NCBI GenBank assembly: GCA_964460855.1
Contig: CAYWQH010000006.1
Location: 3,232 to 67,231, forward strand
DNA length: 64,000 nt
Source: an uncultured Candidatus Saccharibacteria bacterium
Lineage (GTDB): Bacteria > Patescibacteriota > Saccharimonadia > Saccharimonadales > UBA10212
Reading direction: 5' to 3'
Within the stretch, counting starts at the first letter, position 1; the number at the start of each line of letters is the position of its first letter. A program made the position numbers and the translations under genes. This document shows, one piece after another, positions 28,653-38,542 of the stretch. The notes under the pieces are model-generated. The model saw nothing but the letters and a program-made list of their open reading frames with translations. It made no database searches and was not told the DNA's origin.

Positions 28653-29903
28653 ATGCAAAACACGGACGAAGCGGCGCCAGTTATTTCGGTGCATGGCGTT
28701 TATAAAAGCTTCCAGCTGCCCCACCAAAAAAGTAACTCCCTTAAAGGGGCGCTATTGAACTTTCGCCAGCTTAAGCAAACTTACGAGAAGCAATCGGTGT
28801 TAAAAGACATTTCTTTCGAAATCCGCAAAGGCGAATTTTTTGGCATAGTAGGGCGCAACGGCAGTGGCAAAAGTACCTTGCTTAAGCTTTTAGCCGGCAT
28901 ATATTACCCCAATAAAGGCGCTGTACAAGTAAACGGCAAACTGACGCCGTTTATTGAGCTGGGCGTAGGTTTTAACCCCGAACTGACCGGCCGCGAAAAT
29001 GTTTTTTTAAACGGCGCTTTGCTGGGCTTTACCAGGAAAGAAATGGCCCTTAAATACCAGTCGATAGTCGATTTTGCCGAACTGGAACGATTTATGGACC
29101 AGAAACTCAAAAACTATTCATCGGGCATGCAAGTCAGGCTGGCCTTTTCGATAGCCATCCAAACCGGTTCGGAAATTTTATTGTTTGACGAAGTTTTAGC
29201 CGTAGGCGACCTCGACTTCCAAAAGAAGTGCTACACGTACTTCCACGATATGAAACGCAGCGGCCAGACAATCGTATTGGTAACCCATGATATGGCGGCA
29301 GTCCGGCGGTTTTGTACGCGGTGCGCTTTAATAGACCAGGGTAAAATCGTAAGTATTGGCGAGCCGGAAGACATAGCCTACTTATACGAGACGATTAATT
29401 TGCGGGCTTCGGAAGTCAGGCTGGACGAAGCCAATAAAGTTATCAAGCAAAAACGGCAAGGCACTTACGAAGCTGTTATTGATTCCGTGGAAACTTACAA
29501 CCCGCATACCGGTAATACGCAAAATACGTTTACCAACCAGGAAAAAATAGGCGTGCGGATAACTTATTCGGCCAAATCCGATATAGAAAATGCTGCCGTC
29601 GGGTTTATATTCCAAAACCAGGATGATTTAACCGTTTTTGCCACCAACAACATCACCCAAGAAGTAAAAATACACGAGCTGCCTGCCGGCTCGAAAATGT
29701 CCATCGAAGCTGAAATCGATAATGTTTTTACCGATGGCGAATACACCATAACTACTTCCATTGAGAATAAAGAGCTGGAGAAGATTTACGACCGCATCGA
29801 GTATGCCCATCGGTTTATGGTTGGCGGCCAAAAACTGTCCCATGCTTTGGCGCACCCGCACCATCAGATGAAGGTAAGCTACGGCCATACCCATCATGAA
29901 TAA
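28653..29903 (+). CDS. wzt: ABC polysaccharide exporter ATPase Wzt with a C-terminal carbohydrate-binding module
   Basis: GRNGSGKST, YSSGMQVRLAFS, DEVLAVGD; ~160-aa beta-rich C-terminal extension. Confidence 0.93.
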   Translation: MQNTDEAAPVISVHGVYKSFQLPHQKSNSLKGALLNFRQLKQTYEKQSVLKDISFEIRKGEFFGIVGRNGSGKSTLLKLLAGIYYPNKGAVQVNGKLTPFIELGVGFNPELTGRENVFLNGALLGFTRKEMALKYQSIVDFAELERFMDQKLKNYSSGMQVRLAFSIAIQTGSEILLFDEVLAVGDLDFQKKCYTYFHDMKRSGQTIVLVTHDMAAVRRFCTRCALIDQGKIVSIGEPEDIAYLYETINLRASEVRLDEANKVIKQKRQGTYEAVIDSVETYNPHTGNTQNTFTNQEKIGVRITYSAKSDIENAAVGFIFQNQDDLTVFATNNITQEVKIHELPAGSKMSIEAEIDNVFTDGEYTITTSIENKELEKIYDRIEYAHRFMVGGQKLSHALAHPHHQMKVSYGHTHHE

Positions 29904-31587
29904 TAATTCGTTCGGATTCAGGGTCTTCAAAAAGTTGGCCAGGCCGACCAAGCCGGTTCTGCGGTCCGCCAGAAAAGCCTATAAAGAATATAAAAAAGCC
30001 GCCAAAATCAGGGAATACGACGGCTGGGCCAGCCAGAACGAAAACGAGTGCTTCGTTTTTGCCGATTTAGCCGCTAACCGGCTGTTTAGCGTTATAGTGC
30101 CGGTTTTTAACACCCACCAGACTCATCTGTTAAAGATGGTTTACTCGGTAATAAACCAGCATTACCAAAACTGGGAGCTGGTTTTAGTAAACGCTTCGAC
30201 TGATCCCGAACGGATCGCTGCCGTAGACGCCTGCGCCCAAATCGATACCCGCATTAAAGTCATTAAGCCGGGCAAAAACCTCGGCATTTCCGGCAATACT
30301 AATTACGGCGTCGGCCATGCCGGCGGCGACTACATAGTGTTTTTTGACCACGACGACATGCTGCACCCCTGCGCCCTGCACGCTTTTGCCGAAGAGATAC
30401 ACCATTCGTCGGCCGAACTGCTTTATTCGGACGAAGATAAAATTACACACGACGGCAGTTTGTTTTTTGACCCGCACTTTAAGCCCCGCTGGTCGCCGGA
30501 CCTGCTAAACAATGTAAACTACATCAACCACTTAACGGCCATTAAGGCCGAATTTGTAAAACAAGCCGGCGGCCTGGACCCGGCCCATGACGGCGCCCAG
30601 GATTACGATTTGCTGCTGAGAGTTATCGATAAATGCCAGCCTAAAATCAAGCACGTGCCCCACGTTTTATACCATTGGCGGGCGGCCAATACTTCGACTG
30701 CACAAGATATATCCAATAAAACATACATTTTTAAAGCCGGCGAGTCGGCCATTGGCAGCCATTTGCATCGGATTGGCGCGAAGGCGAGGGTTAAAGCCAT
30801 AAACGGCCGGCCTGGTTTTTACCGGGTCGCCTATCATGACGAGCCGGATACCAGCCTGGTAATCGGGCCGGTTTCGCCAAACATGCAGCGGGTGTGCGCC
30901 GGCTGGCTGCAGGATTTGCTCAAAAAAGCCGGCCCCCAAATTAAAGAACTGGTGATCGGAGATTGGTACAAGCCTTTCGCTAACGCCGAACACGGCTTTG
31001 AACTTCACTTGGTTGGCAAGGATAATTACTGGCCGGCGGCGGCCGCCAAAGCTAAAGGCGAAGTGGTTATGTGCATCCAGCAAGCGGTAATGCCAAGCAG
31101 CGAAGCAGATGTAAGGGAACTGGCGGCGGTAGCGATACAGCCGGGCTGCCTGGCCTGCGCGCCAATGGTACTCGATGCCCAGCGGGCAATTGCCGATAGC
31201 GGCCTGGTGGCCAGCAGCCAGGGCTTGCAACCACTATTTAGGGGCTACAAGGCCGGTGACGGCTCCGTTTTTGGCAGTACCGAATGGGTGCGCAACATAG
31301 ACGCGCTAAGCGGCGGTATTTTTTGCGCCAAAGCCGAAGTGTTTAAAAAGCTAACCGAAAGCGCCACGCATAAAGGTAAACTAACAGCTGAAAACTTCTT
31401 AAAGCTAAAAGAGCATATGCCGGGCAATATTGTAATTTGGAGCCACGTAAACTTTGAGCTGGACGGGGAGCTGGTGCCTAAATCTTCGGACGATACATTC
31501 TTTAACCCGCAACTGGGCCAAGCGTCATTTGAAATTAATATCGCGGCTAATTCATGGGGGCACGCTTATGAGCGCTCCGAATCATAA
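29896..31587 (+). CDS. GT2 glycosyltransferase with a second degenerate GT2-like domain
   Basis: SVIVPVFNT, FFDHDD, YSDEDK, FKP.WSPD, GAQDYDL, LYHWR. Confidence 0.88.
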   Translation: MNNNSFGFRVFKKLARPTKPVLRSARKAYKEYKKAAKIREYDGWASQNENECFVFADLAANRLFSVIVPVFNTHQTHLLKMVYSVINQHYQNWELVLVNASTDPERIAAVDACAQIDTRIKVIKPGKNLGISGNTNYGVGHAGGDYIVFFDHDDMLHPCALHAFAEEIHHSSAELLYSDEDKITHDGSLFFDPHFKPRWSPDLLNNVNYINHLTAIKAEFVKQAGGLDPAHDGAQDYDLLLRVIDKCQPKIKHVPHVLYHWRAANTSTAQDISNKTYIFKAGESAIGSHLHRIGAKARVKAINGRPGFYRVAYHDEPDTSLVIGPVSPNMQRVCAGWLQDLLKKAGPQIKELVIGDWYKPFANAEHGFELHLVGKDNYWPAAAAKAKGEVVMCIQQAVMPSSEADVRELAAVAIQPGCLACAPMVLDAQRAIADSGLVASSQGLQPLFRGYKAGDGSVFGSTEWVRNIDALSGGIFCAKAEVFKKLTESATHKGKLTAENFLKLKEHMPGNIVIWSHVNFELDGELVPKSSDDTFFNPQLGQASFEINIAANSWGHAYERSES

Positions 31588-32554
31588 AATCGCCTACATT
31601 ATTATTGGCTATAATAACCGCGACCTGATTGACGAGTGTTTTGAATCAATAGAAGCCCAAACTTTTAACCGCCATACAATTATTTTTGTCGACAATAATT
31701 CGGCGGATGATTCGGTCGGGCATATTAACCAGCGCTACCCCGGCGTAAAAATTTTAGCGCCCGGCTTTAACAGCGGCTTTGCCAAAGGTAATAATTTTGG
31801 CATTGATGAAGCTTTGGCCGACCCTGAAATAGACTACGTGGCTTTAATAAATACCGACGCCCGCCTGGACAGCCGGTGGGCTGAAAAAATCTTGGATTTT
31901 GCCGAACTAAAACCAAAAGGCGCCTTATTCCAGGGCACTACCATGGATTATTACGACCATCAAATTATTGATTCGACACACATTTTCGTGGCCCGCAACG
32001 GCCAAGGCACCCAAGGCAACTGGCGGTTCTTTTACCAAAGCGAATTCGGGCCCAAAAAAGTTTTTGGCGTTAATGCCGCCGCTTGCATGGTGTCGCGAAA
32101 ATTCATAGAAAGCCAGCCATTCGGCCGGCAGTTGTTTGATGAGCGGATGTTTATGTATTTGGAAGATGTCGATTTAGCGGCCCGGGCCACAGTTATGGGT
32201 TGGGATAATTATTTAGTGCCCTCTGCCCGCGCTTACCATATGGGCTCGGCCAGCTCCGGCAAAAACCCCGGCTTTTCGTTATATATGACGTTTCGAAATA
32301 ATTGCGGAATGATTTATAAAAATTTTCCTTGGAGAATAATATGGCGTATGACGCCGGGCTTAATTCGGGGGGATATTGATACGGTTAAAGCCTTGCGCCG
32401 CCAAGGCAAAAAAGCCGCCGCCCGAAAAGTAATCAAGGGCCGGCTCGTAGGACTATGCTACTTGCCTTTTTATATTGCTAAGCGCCGGAAGATGCGGCGG
32501 GCTGGCAAAATCGACACGGAATACCTTTGGCAGTTAATGCTAAAGGGCTACTAG
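31568..32554 (+). CDS. GT2 glycosyltransferase
   Basis: VDNNSADDS, NSGFAKGNN, FDERMFMYLEDVDL; start set to the ATG at 31568. Confidence 0.9.
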   Translation: MSAPNHKIAYIIIGYNNRDLIDECFESIEAQTFNRHTIIFVDNNSADDSVGHINQRYPGVKILAPGFNSGFAKGNNFGIDEALADPEIDYVALINTDARLDSRWAEKILDFAELKPKGALFQGTTMDYYDHQIIDSTHIFVARNGQGTQGNWRFFYQSEFGPKKVFGVNAAACMVSRKFIESQPFGRQLFDERMFMYLEDVDLAARATVMGWDNYLVPSARAYHMGSASSGKNPGFSLYMTFRNNCGMIYKNFPWRIIWRMTPGLIRGDIDTVKALRRQGKKAAARKVIKGRLVGLCYLPFYIAKRRKMRRAGKIDTEYLWQLMLKGY

Positions 32555-32556
32555 TT

Positions 32557-34329
32557 TTATTCGGCCGGGTCAAAGCTGCCGATATTGGTAACGATATCCT
32601 GAAAACCGATTGCCTGGTTTAGCGCCCGGTTAAACATGTGGGTTTCTACGCTATTATTCGCGCCATTGTACAGAGCGTAAACAATCTGGCTATAGCCGCG
32701 GCCCAAAAAGTCGCCGGCCAGGAATGTACCCGTATTTTGGCTGACACTAGTAAGATCTGTTGGAACGTCATAGAAGCCGGTAGCTTTGGTAAGCGATTGG
32801 TTGAACATGTGCACTTCGGTTTTGCCGCCGGCGCCGCTATAAAGTACGTAAGCCAGCTGGTCATAGCCGCGGCCCAAAAAGTCGCCGGCCACAAACGTTC
32901 CGGTTGCCGCTGTAACGCCTGTCAGGTCTGTGGAAACGTCGTAATAGCCTATTGCTTTAGTCAGGCTGGGGTCAAATAAATGCACTTCGACATGGCCGCC
33001 GGCGCCGCTGTACAGGATTAACGCCAGCTGGTCGCTGCCCTGTCCCAAAAAGTCGCCGGCCACAAAAATGCCGTTAGTGGCAGTAATGCCCGTAAGATCA
33101 GTAGCTACATCATAATATCCAACAAAAGATTTAAAGTCCGGGCTCATGCGGTGCACTTCGACATGGCCGCCGGCGCCGCTGTACAGAATGTAATTCAGGG
33201 CATTTTGGTGGTCTATTTTGGCCCGGCCGGGTACAAACGTACCAAGGCTGCCGTCCGTAGCCCGCATGGCAGTGGCCATATGGGCCGCCCAAGACTGGAA
33301 GCCGGAATTATCAAGATGGATTTCGGCGCAAGTTGAGCCGGTATTGTTCTGCTTAGTAAAGGCCAATTTATCGGGTCCGGTGTTACCGTATGACAATAAT
33401 TTTGACCCGGACGTTGCGCCGGTTACATTCGCTACGCCGAAGCATGGTGTATTAGGGTCGCCGAAATAGCTGGCAAATATATTATAGAAATTCTGGTTGC
33501 CGTGGAAGTGCGGCGTGTACCAATACAGGGCAGCCGTAGCGCCGGTTCCCATTAAAGTACTTACACCATCAATAGTAGTATAGCCGTCGTAAAAGGTATC
33601 GTTGGCGTCGCTGGGGCAGCGTTTGTGGAAGCCGGCCGTCATCGGCCCGCCGTAGCAGGTGTGCAAATCGTCAGAATTATCCCAGCTGCCGCTAATTACC
33701 GCCCAATTAATATTGCCGAGCGAGCGTTGCTGGCCGAATTTAAACAACCAGGCCGCTCGGATTATTTGCTGCGAAAAACCGGCTTTTTGGGCGGTGTTGA
33801 CGCAAGTCGGCCCGACGGTAGACTGGACGACGCCGTTGCGGCGGTAAAGGCTTATGCCCGAATAGTTATAGCGCGTGCCGCTGTCCGGGCAGCCATAACC
33901 CACCGCGGCGGCGTATTTGTGGTTATTGTCGTCACTTGGCAAGCAGTAGGTTGAGCTGAACCGGCCGGTAACCAGGCTTTGTTCTTTTTCGAGCGTAACT
34001 ACCAGCACCTGCGGGTTTAAACCGTAGGCCTGGGCGGCGTCGTATATTGCTTTGCCGGCTGTAACGTAGCCGCCATACGTATAGCCACCGGACGGTGAGT
34101 AGCCACTGGGGTCTATAGCCTGGAAACCGCTGTTCGGGCTGATACAGCTGTTGGCAAAAGTGTTTAAAAAAGCATCTATCTGCGCGGCCGAAATACTATT
34201 AGTATTACTAAAAGCGCTGTCGCTGATAATGTAGTTGGAATTAAAAGCGGCGCGGGCCAGGCCGATAGGCGCCAGGCTGGCTAAAACTACGGACGAAGTA
34301 TATAAAGCCAAAGCTGCCAGTTTTTTCAT
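32557..34329 (-). CDS. secreted protein: lysozyme-like/'hemagglutinin' N-domain plus a C-terminal repeat (propeller-like) domain
   Basis: signal peptide; INPQV-type LNPQVLVVTLEKEQSLV, GYGCPD, ATAALYWYTPH; 57-aa repeats. Confidence 0.7.
   Translation of the reverse strand: MKKLAALALYTSSVVLASLAPIGLARAAFNSNYIISDSAFSNTNSISAAQIDAFLNTFANSCISPNSGFQAIDPSGYSPSGGYTYGGYVTAGKAIYDAAQAYGLNPQVLVVTLEKEQSLVTGRFSSTYCLPSDDNNHKYAAAVGYGCPDSGTRYNYSGISLYRRNGVVQSTVGPTCVNTAQKAGFSQQIIRAAWLFKFGQQRSLGNINWAVISGSWDNSDDLHTCYGGPMTAGFHKRCPSDANDTFYDGYTTIDGVSTLMGTGATAALYWYTPHFHGNQNFYNIFASYFGDPNTPCFGVANVTGATSGSKLLSYGNTGPDKLAFTKQNNTGSTCAEIHLDNSGFQSWAAHMATAMRATDGSLGTFVPGRAKIDHQNALNYILYSGAGGHVEVHRMSPDFKSFVGYYDVATDLTGITATNGIFVAGDFLGQGSDQLALILYSGAGGHVEVHLFDPSLTKAIGYYDVSTDLTGVTAATGTFVAGDFLGRGYDQLAYVLYSGAGGKTEVHMFNQSLTKATGFYDVPTDLTSVSQNTGTFLAGDFLGRGYSQIVYALYNGANNSVETHMFNRALNQAIGFQDIVTNIGSFDPAE
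32570..33330 (-). repeat. 171-bp (57-aa) coding tandem repeats, about 4.5 copies
   Basis: YSGAGG.VEVH.F...YDV.TDLT.V....G.FVAGDFLGRG.DQL recurs; gccggcgccgct recurs at a 171-nt period (~32827, 32998, 33169). Confidence 0.85.
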
Positions 34330-34961
34330 AATTTAACGTCCAGGGGCTGGTCGCTGGTGGTAGACAAGCTCTTGCCGTTTAGCGTAGCGGTAGCTTTGAT
34401 TTGCCAGGTGCCGTCGGTAAAACCGGCGGTTTTAACATCCCACTGGTCCCAGTAAGCCGTGCCGCTGGAGTCGGCGATTTTGGCCGATAAACTCTTAACT
34501 ACTCCGTCGGAGTTGGTAAATGTTATGGTGCAGCTGGCGCCCGGAGTGGTCAGGCAAACCGAACTTTCCTGGGTTGGCGCGTTATTGCCGGCGCCGGGAT
34601 GGTGGTTGCTGACAAAGTTGCCGTAGGGCGCCGCCAGCGCGGCGTCGGATGTATTGGTTGGAGTATTGGTTTTAGTGTTGTCCGGCTGGGTGCTACTGCC
34701 AGTAGTCGTAGTTGAGGGCTGCTGGGACGGGTTACTGTTGCTGCCACTGCTCTGCTGGCTGCCGTCAGAATGAGTAGTACTGGGAATAGTGCCGGAAACC
34801 GCTTTGCGTTTATGAAAAATATAAGTAGTGTTAGTTAACTCAAGGACAGCCAATACCAGGATTGCGGCAACCGGCAAAGCTAATAGCCAAAGCCAGCGCC
34901 TGCTGCGCTTGGGGGGTATCGAAGTAGAGCGCTGCGGCGCCCGGTAATTTTTATTGGCCAT
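34326..34961 (-). CDS. membrane-anchored protein with a Ser/Thr linker and a small Ig-like domain
   Basis: basic N-terminus, TM, low-complexity linker, APYGNFVSNH...C.TTPGA.C; ATGA-coupled to the downstream gene. Confidence 0.65.
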   Translation of the reverse strand: MANKNYRAPQRSTSIPPKRSRRWLWLLALPVAAILVLAVLELTNTTYIFHKRKAVSGTIPSTTHSDGSQQSSGSNSNPSQQPSTTTTGSSTQPDNTKTNTPTNTSDAALAAPYGNFVSNHHPGAGNNAPTQESSVCLTTPGASCTITFTNSDGVVKSLSAKIADSSGTAYWDQWDVKTAGFTDGTWQIKATATLNGKSLSTTSDQPLDVKL

Positions 34962-35005
34962 AGTATCTATTGTTTGTTTTTAGGGGGTACGAAGTCAATA
35001 AGTAT

Positions 35006-35034
35006 ACTATATTGTGCTATTGCTTAAGAGTCAA
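35006..35034 (-). promoter_or_regulatory. sigma70 promoter for the 34961/34329 operon
   Basis: TTGACT-17 nt-TATAGT on the - strand. Confidence 0.65.
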
Positions 35035-35046
35035 TTTTGGTGGTAT

Positions 35047-37047
35047 TTAATACTGCAGTTGGTAAATATAAAATGTCCGGGACGGATAATTATACTGATT
35101 AACCAGCTTAAGGCAATTGTCGTTTATGGGCTGGGAAGTTAAGATATAGCGCACATTATTGTCTTTCATAAACCCGCTGCACGGTTCGCTTATAACTTGA
35201 AAATGGTCGGCACCGATTAGCTTTAGCTGGGTGCCGGTATTAATGTTAGGATCGCGGTCGAAATTGAATTCAACATGCGCGTAACGGTTATATAAATCTT
35301 GCTGCTGGCCATTATCTATGGGCCGCCAAATACCAAATTGCGGGTAAGTATATAGGCCCGATACCGACGGCGCGCCGTTTAAAATTGCGAAGTTTTCCAG
35401 ATATAAGCTTTCGGTCGCCCACCGCCCCGGCTGCTGTTTGTTTAACTGCTGGATCTCCTTTGATAAATCCGTTTGGTTAATAGCCGATACGTTCCTATAT
35501 AACGGGTGGACACCTATCGACATAAACACCCCGAAAGCCAACAATCCGGCAGCGGCTAACTCAAATTTTTTGCGCAGCAGTAAATAAAAAATTACCGGCA
35601 CTGGAATGGAAAAAAGCAACACTCTCGCGTTACCGATAAACTCCGGAAAACGGTGCCTAGTTACCAGGCCGGTGAACAGCTCGACCGCGAATACCACTAA
35701 TGCAAGCAGTAATGCTATTTTGCCTGAAAATACCTGCTTTTTATGGGCTTGCAGCCGCCTCATAAATAACACCACCAGCATTAAATTCAGGAGGCCCAAG
35801 CCAATAACCAACCGTTTTTGCGGTACCTTATCGAGCAAAAATAGTTTGAACAAAGTATTGAAATGCGGAACAAACAGCCGCACCAGTAAGGCCACGAACA
35901 GCAGACTGACCGTTGCCAATGGCCAATCCAGCCGCCGCCAAGAAAAGCGGCCTCGCTGCCGGGCAGATTTGATCATTAAATATATGGCAGGCAACAGCAA
36001 AAACGGCAGTAAATAAACGAAGTTAGCGGCTTCACTTTGGTTGCTGATCCCTTGCGAGATAAGTTGGTAATGCAGGGCTTTGCCGGTAAACTGCAACTGA
36101 AAATCCAAATTGCCGCTAAAAAAATGTATGGGGTCAAAGCCGCCGCTGGCAATAACCCGCTTACCCGGATAAACAGTGTTCTGTATGGCATGGACGGCCG
36201 CCGCGCGGGTATGTATAAATAAAGCCGTAACCAAGCCGGTGATTATCACCGAAACTAATAACATTCCCATTTTCCGGTAAAATTGCGGTCGGTCCGCCTT
36301 AGTTTGTTCCAGCCAGTGCTGGACCAGGTAGCCAACGCAGAAAGCCGCCAAGGCCAGCCCGGTGGCAATTTGAAACGGCGGGTAAAGCACCAATACATAG
36401 CAAATAAGCAAATATGTTATTACGCCAGCAACCAAAAGCTGGCGGAGCAAGCTCTTTTGCTTTAATAAATAAATAAATAACGCTGCAATAAATAACGGGT
36501 AATATAATGAACCCAATGTTACGAACTGGTACCACCATTGGGTGAAAGCGCTGGCCAGTAAACTTAGCGATAGCAAAGCAGCTAGTAAGCGCCGCCCCGG
36601 CAGCAAAGCTAAGATAAAGAAGTAAGCACTGATTACCAGCAGCGCGCCAATAACCCACCACTTAAACGCGAAGGCATTTTCGAACGGCAAAACAAAGAAA
36701 GCCCAATTATGCGGCCGGAATAATTCGCTCCAGTCTTTGTTGGGCACGTCCAACGACACCGACATATCCTCGCCCCGGCCGATATTTTTATTAACCGTTT
36801 GGTAATTATCGTTGGACTGGGCAATGGTCATTTCGGTATTGACCAGCCATTCGTCGGAGCGGATTGTGCGCGGCTTGTTTATTAAGAGGTTACTGTCGTG
36901 GGTGGGCCCGTAAAAGAAGTCATGGTAGACCCCAATGGATGAGCCGCTGATTTTAAAAGCCGTTAATAATAAAACCACCGCCATTACGACAGCCGGGAAA
37001 AACCAAATGCCGTGGTAAAAACCGCTTAAACCCCGCCGCCAATTCAT
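35047..37047 (-). CDS. polytopic membrane protein, probable GT-C fold glycosyltransferase
   Basis: many TM helices; first loop PRTIRSDEW with an acidic motif; TVYPGKR; soluble C-terminal domain; adjacent to GT2+DUF2304. Confidence 0.6.
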   Translation of the reverse strand: MNWRRGLSGFYHGIWFFPAVVMAVVLLLTAFKISGSSIGVYHDFFYGPTHDSNLLINKPRTIRSDEWLVNTEMTIAQSNDNYQTVNKNIGRGEDMSVSLDVPNKDWSELFRPHNWAFFVLPFENAFAFKWWVIGALLVISAYFFILALLPGRRLLAALLSLSLLASAFTQWWYQFVTLGSLYYPLFIAALFIYLLKQKSLLRQLLVAGVITYLLICYVLVLYPPFQIATGLALAAFCVGYLVQHWLEQTKADRPQFYRKMGMLLVSVIITGLVTALFIHTRAAAVHAIQNTVYPGKRVIASGGFDPIHFFSGNLDFQLQFTGKALHYQLISQGISNQSEAANFVYLLPFLLLPAIYLMIKSARQRGRFSWRRLDWPLATVSLLFVALLVRLFVPHFNTLFKLFLLDKVPQKRLVIGLGLLNLMLVVLFMRRLQAHKKQVFSGKIALLLALVVFAVELFTGLVTRHRFPEFIGNARVLLFSIPVPVIFYLLLRKKFELAAAGLLAFGVFMSIGVHPLYRNVSAINQTDLSKEIQQLNKQQPGRWATESLYLENFAILNGAPSVSGLYTYPQFGIWRPIDNGQQQDLYNRYAHVEFNFDRDPNINTGTQLKLIGADHFQVISEPCSGFMKDNNVRYILTSQPINDNCLKLVNQYNYPSRTFYIYQLQY

Positions 37048-37129
37048 TTAGCTAGTTTAGCAAAATAGCCGCGCCAGTCCATGAGTTTGTAGAAAGCGGC
37101 CGCCTACTTGCTTTATACTTGATAACCAG

Positions 37130-37813
37130 ATGCGCAGAGATACATATGTGATAATTCCGGCTTATAACGAAGCAAAAGTTATCGGCCCGGTCATCAAAGC
37201 AGTTAAAAAAACCTACTCCAATGTAGTTTGCGTGAGCGATGGCAGCCGCGACGGCACCAGTGCCGAAATTATTAAAGCCGGCGGCATATTGGTTGAGCAC
37301 TCCATCAATCTTGGCGCCGGCGCGGCAACCCAAACCGGCATTGATTATGCCCTGACCGACCCGGATGCCAAGTACTTTATTACCGTAGACGCCGACGGCC
37401 AGCACGAAATAAGCGACGCCACCAGGATGCTGGACCATTTAAAGAAACACAATCTCGATATTGTTTTCGGCTCGCGTTTTTTAGGCACCGTCCATAACAT
37501 CAGCCCGCTTAAAAGGGCGTTTTTGAAAATGGCCGCCGTTTTTTCGGAAAGCACCTCCGGTGTAAAAATATCCGACCCGCATATCGGCATCCGGGCCTTC
37601 AACCGCAATTTGGCCGAAAATTTAAAGCTAACCATGCCCGGTTTCGCCCATGCTTCGGAGCTGCTAATCCGGATTGCCGACGGAAAATATAAGTATGACG
37701 AGATACCGGTAAAAATTACCTATAGCGATTATTCTAAAAGCAAAGGCCAGCCAATGCTGAATTCGGTTAATATCGTGTTTGATTTATTTTTACATAGGTT
37801 TTCCAAGAAATGA
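37130..37813 (+). CDS. polyprenol-phosphate glycosyltransferase (DPM1/PpgS-like GT2)
   Basis: IIPAYNE, DGSRD, NLGAGAA.QTG, DADGQH, GSRF, KGQ. Confidence 0.88.
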   Translation: MRRDTYVIIPAYNEAKVIGPVIKAVKKTYSNVVCVSDGSRDGTSAEIIKAGGILVEHSINLGAGAATQTGIDYALTDPDAKYFITVDADGQHEISDATRMLDHLKKHNLDIVFGSRFLGTVHNISPLKRAFLKMAAVFSESTSGVKISDPHIGIRAFNRNLAENLKLTMPGFAHASELLIRIADGKYKYDEIPVKITYSDYSKSKGQPMLNSVNIVFDLFLHRFSKK

Positions 37814-38154
37814 TTGCTATACAAATAATCCTGATTGCCGGTTTCGTACTGTTTTTGTGGCGCTTTTTGAGCAATCCCGGCAGCCACCAGGTAAACGCCT
37901 GGATTAAAATTCTGACGATGCTGTTTACCGTACTGGCTATTATTGCCGTGGCTTTCCCGGATATATCCAACGACATCGCCCATGCGGTAGGCGTTTCTAC
38001 CGGGGCCAACTTATTGCTGTATATACTGACGCTGGCTTTTATATTTGTTGTCGTAAACCTATACATTAAAGGCAAAGATGATAATAAGCGGCTGGTTGCC
38101 GTAGTCCGCCACCTGGCTATCTTAGAAGCCCAGCTGCGCCAAAAAGAAAAGTAA
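37810..38154 (+). CDS. DUF2304-family small membrane protein
   Basis: three TM helices, FP....IAH.VGV.TG..LLLY, C-terminal VRHLAI; coupled to the GT2. Confidence 0.8.
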   Translation: MIAIQIILIAGFVLFLWRFLSNPGSHQVNAWIKILTMLFTVLAIIAVAFPDISNDIAHAVGVSTGANLLLYILTLAFIFVVVNLYIKGKDDNKRLVAVVRHLAILEAQLRQKEK

Positions 38155-38155
38155 G

Positions 38156-38524
38156 TTATTTAGCCAGCACGAAAACCAGGCCCAGCATCACCAGGCCGGC
38201 ACCAACCAAATTGTATGCCGATAGTTTTTCGTGGAAAATAATGGCCGCTAGAGCGGTTGAAAAAATTATTGCCAGTGCCGTCATGGTAACCTGCACCGAA
38301 AAGAATTTATTTTTGGACAGCAAAACGAAATAAATGCCGGTGGCTATAACGTAAATAATGCCGCCGGCCCAGATACGCGGGCTGGTAATTAAATTGTTAA
38401 GTATTTTGCCGGCCGAGCCTTCCATCAAATGGTGCTGCTTGATGGCGGTACCCCAAATGGCTTGGGCCGTAACCAGCAAAGCCGACAGCAGCGGAATCAG
38501 TAATAAATTGATGGGGTTGCTCAT
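38156..38524 (-). CDS. small EamA/SMR-like 4-TM transporter (possible lipid-sugar flippase)
   Basis: 122 aa, four TM helices, IFHEKLS...GAGLVMLG. Confidence 0.7.
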   Translation of the reverse strand: MSNPINLLLIPLLSALLVTAQAIWGTAIKQHHLMEGSAGKILNNLITSPRIWAGGIIYVIATGIYFVLLSKNKFFSVQVTMTALAIIFSTALAAIIFHEKLSAYNLVGAGLVMLGLVFVLAK

Positions 38525-38542
38525 GCTAGAACCATTATAGCC

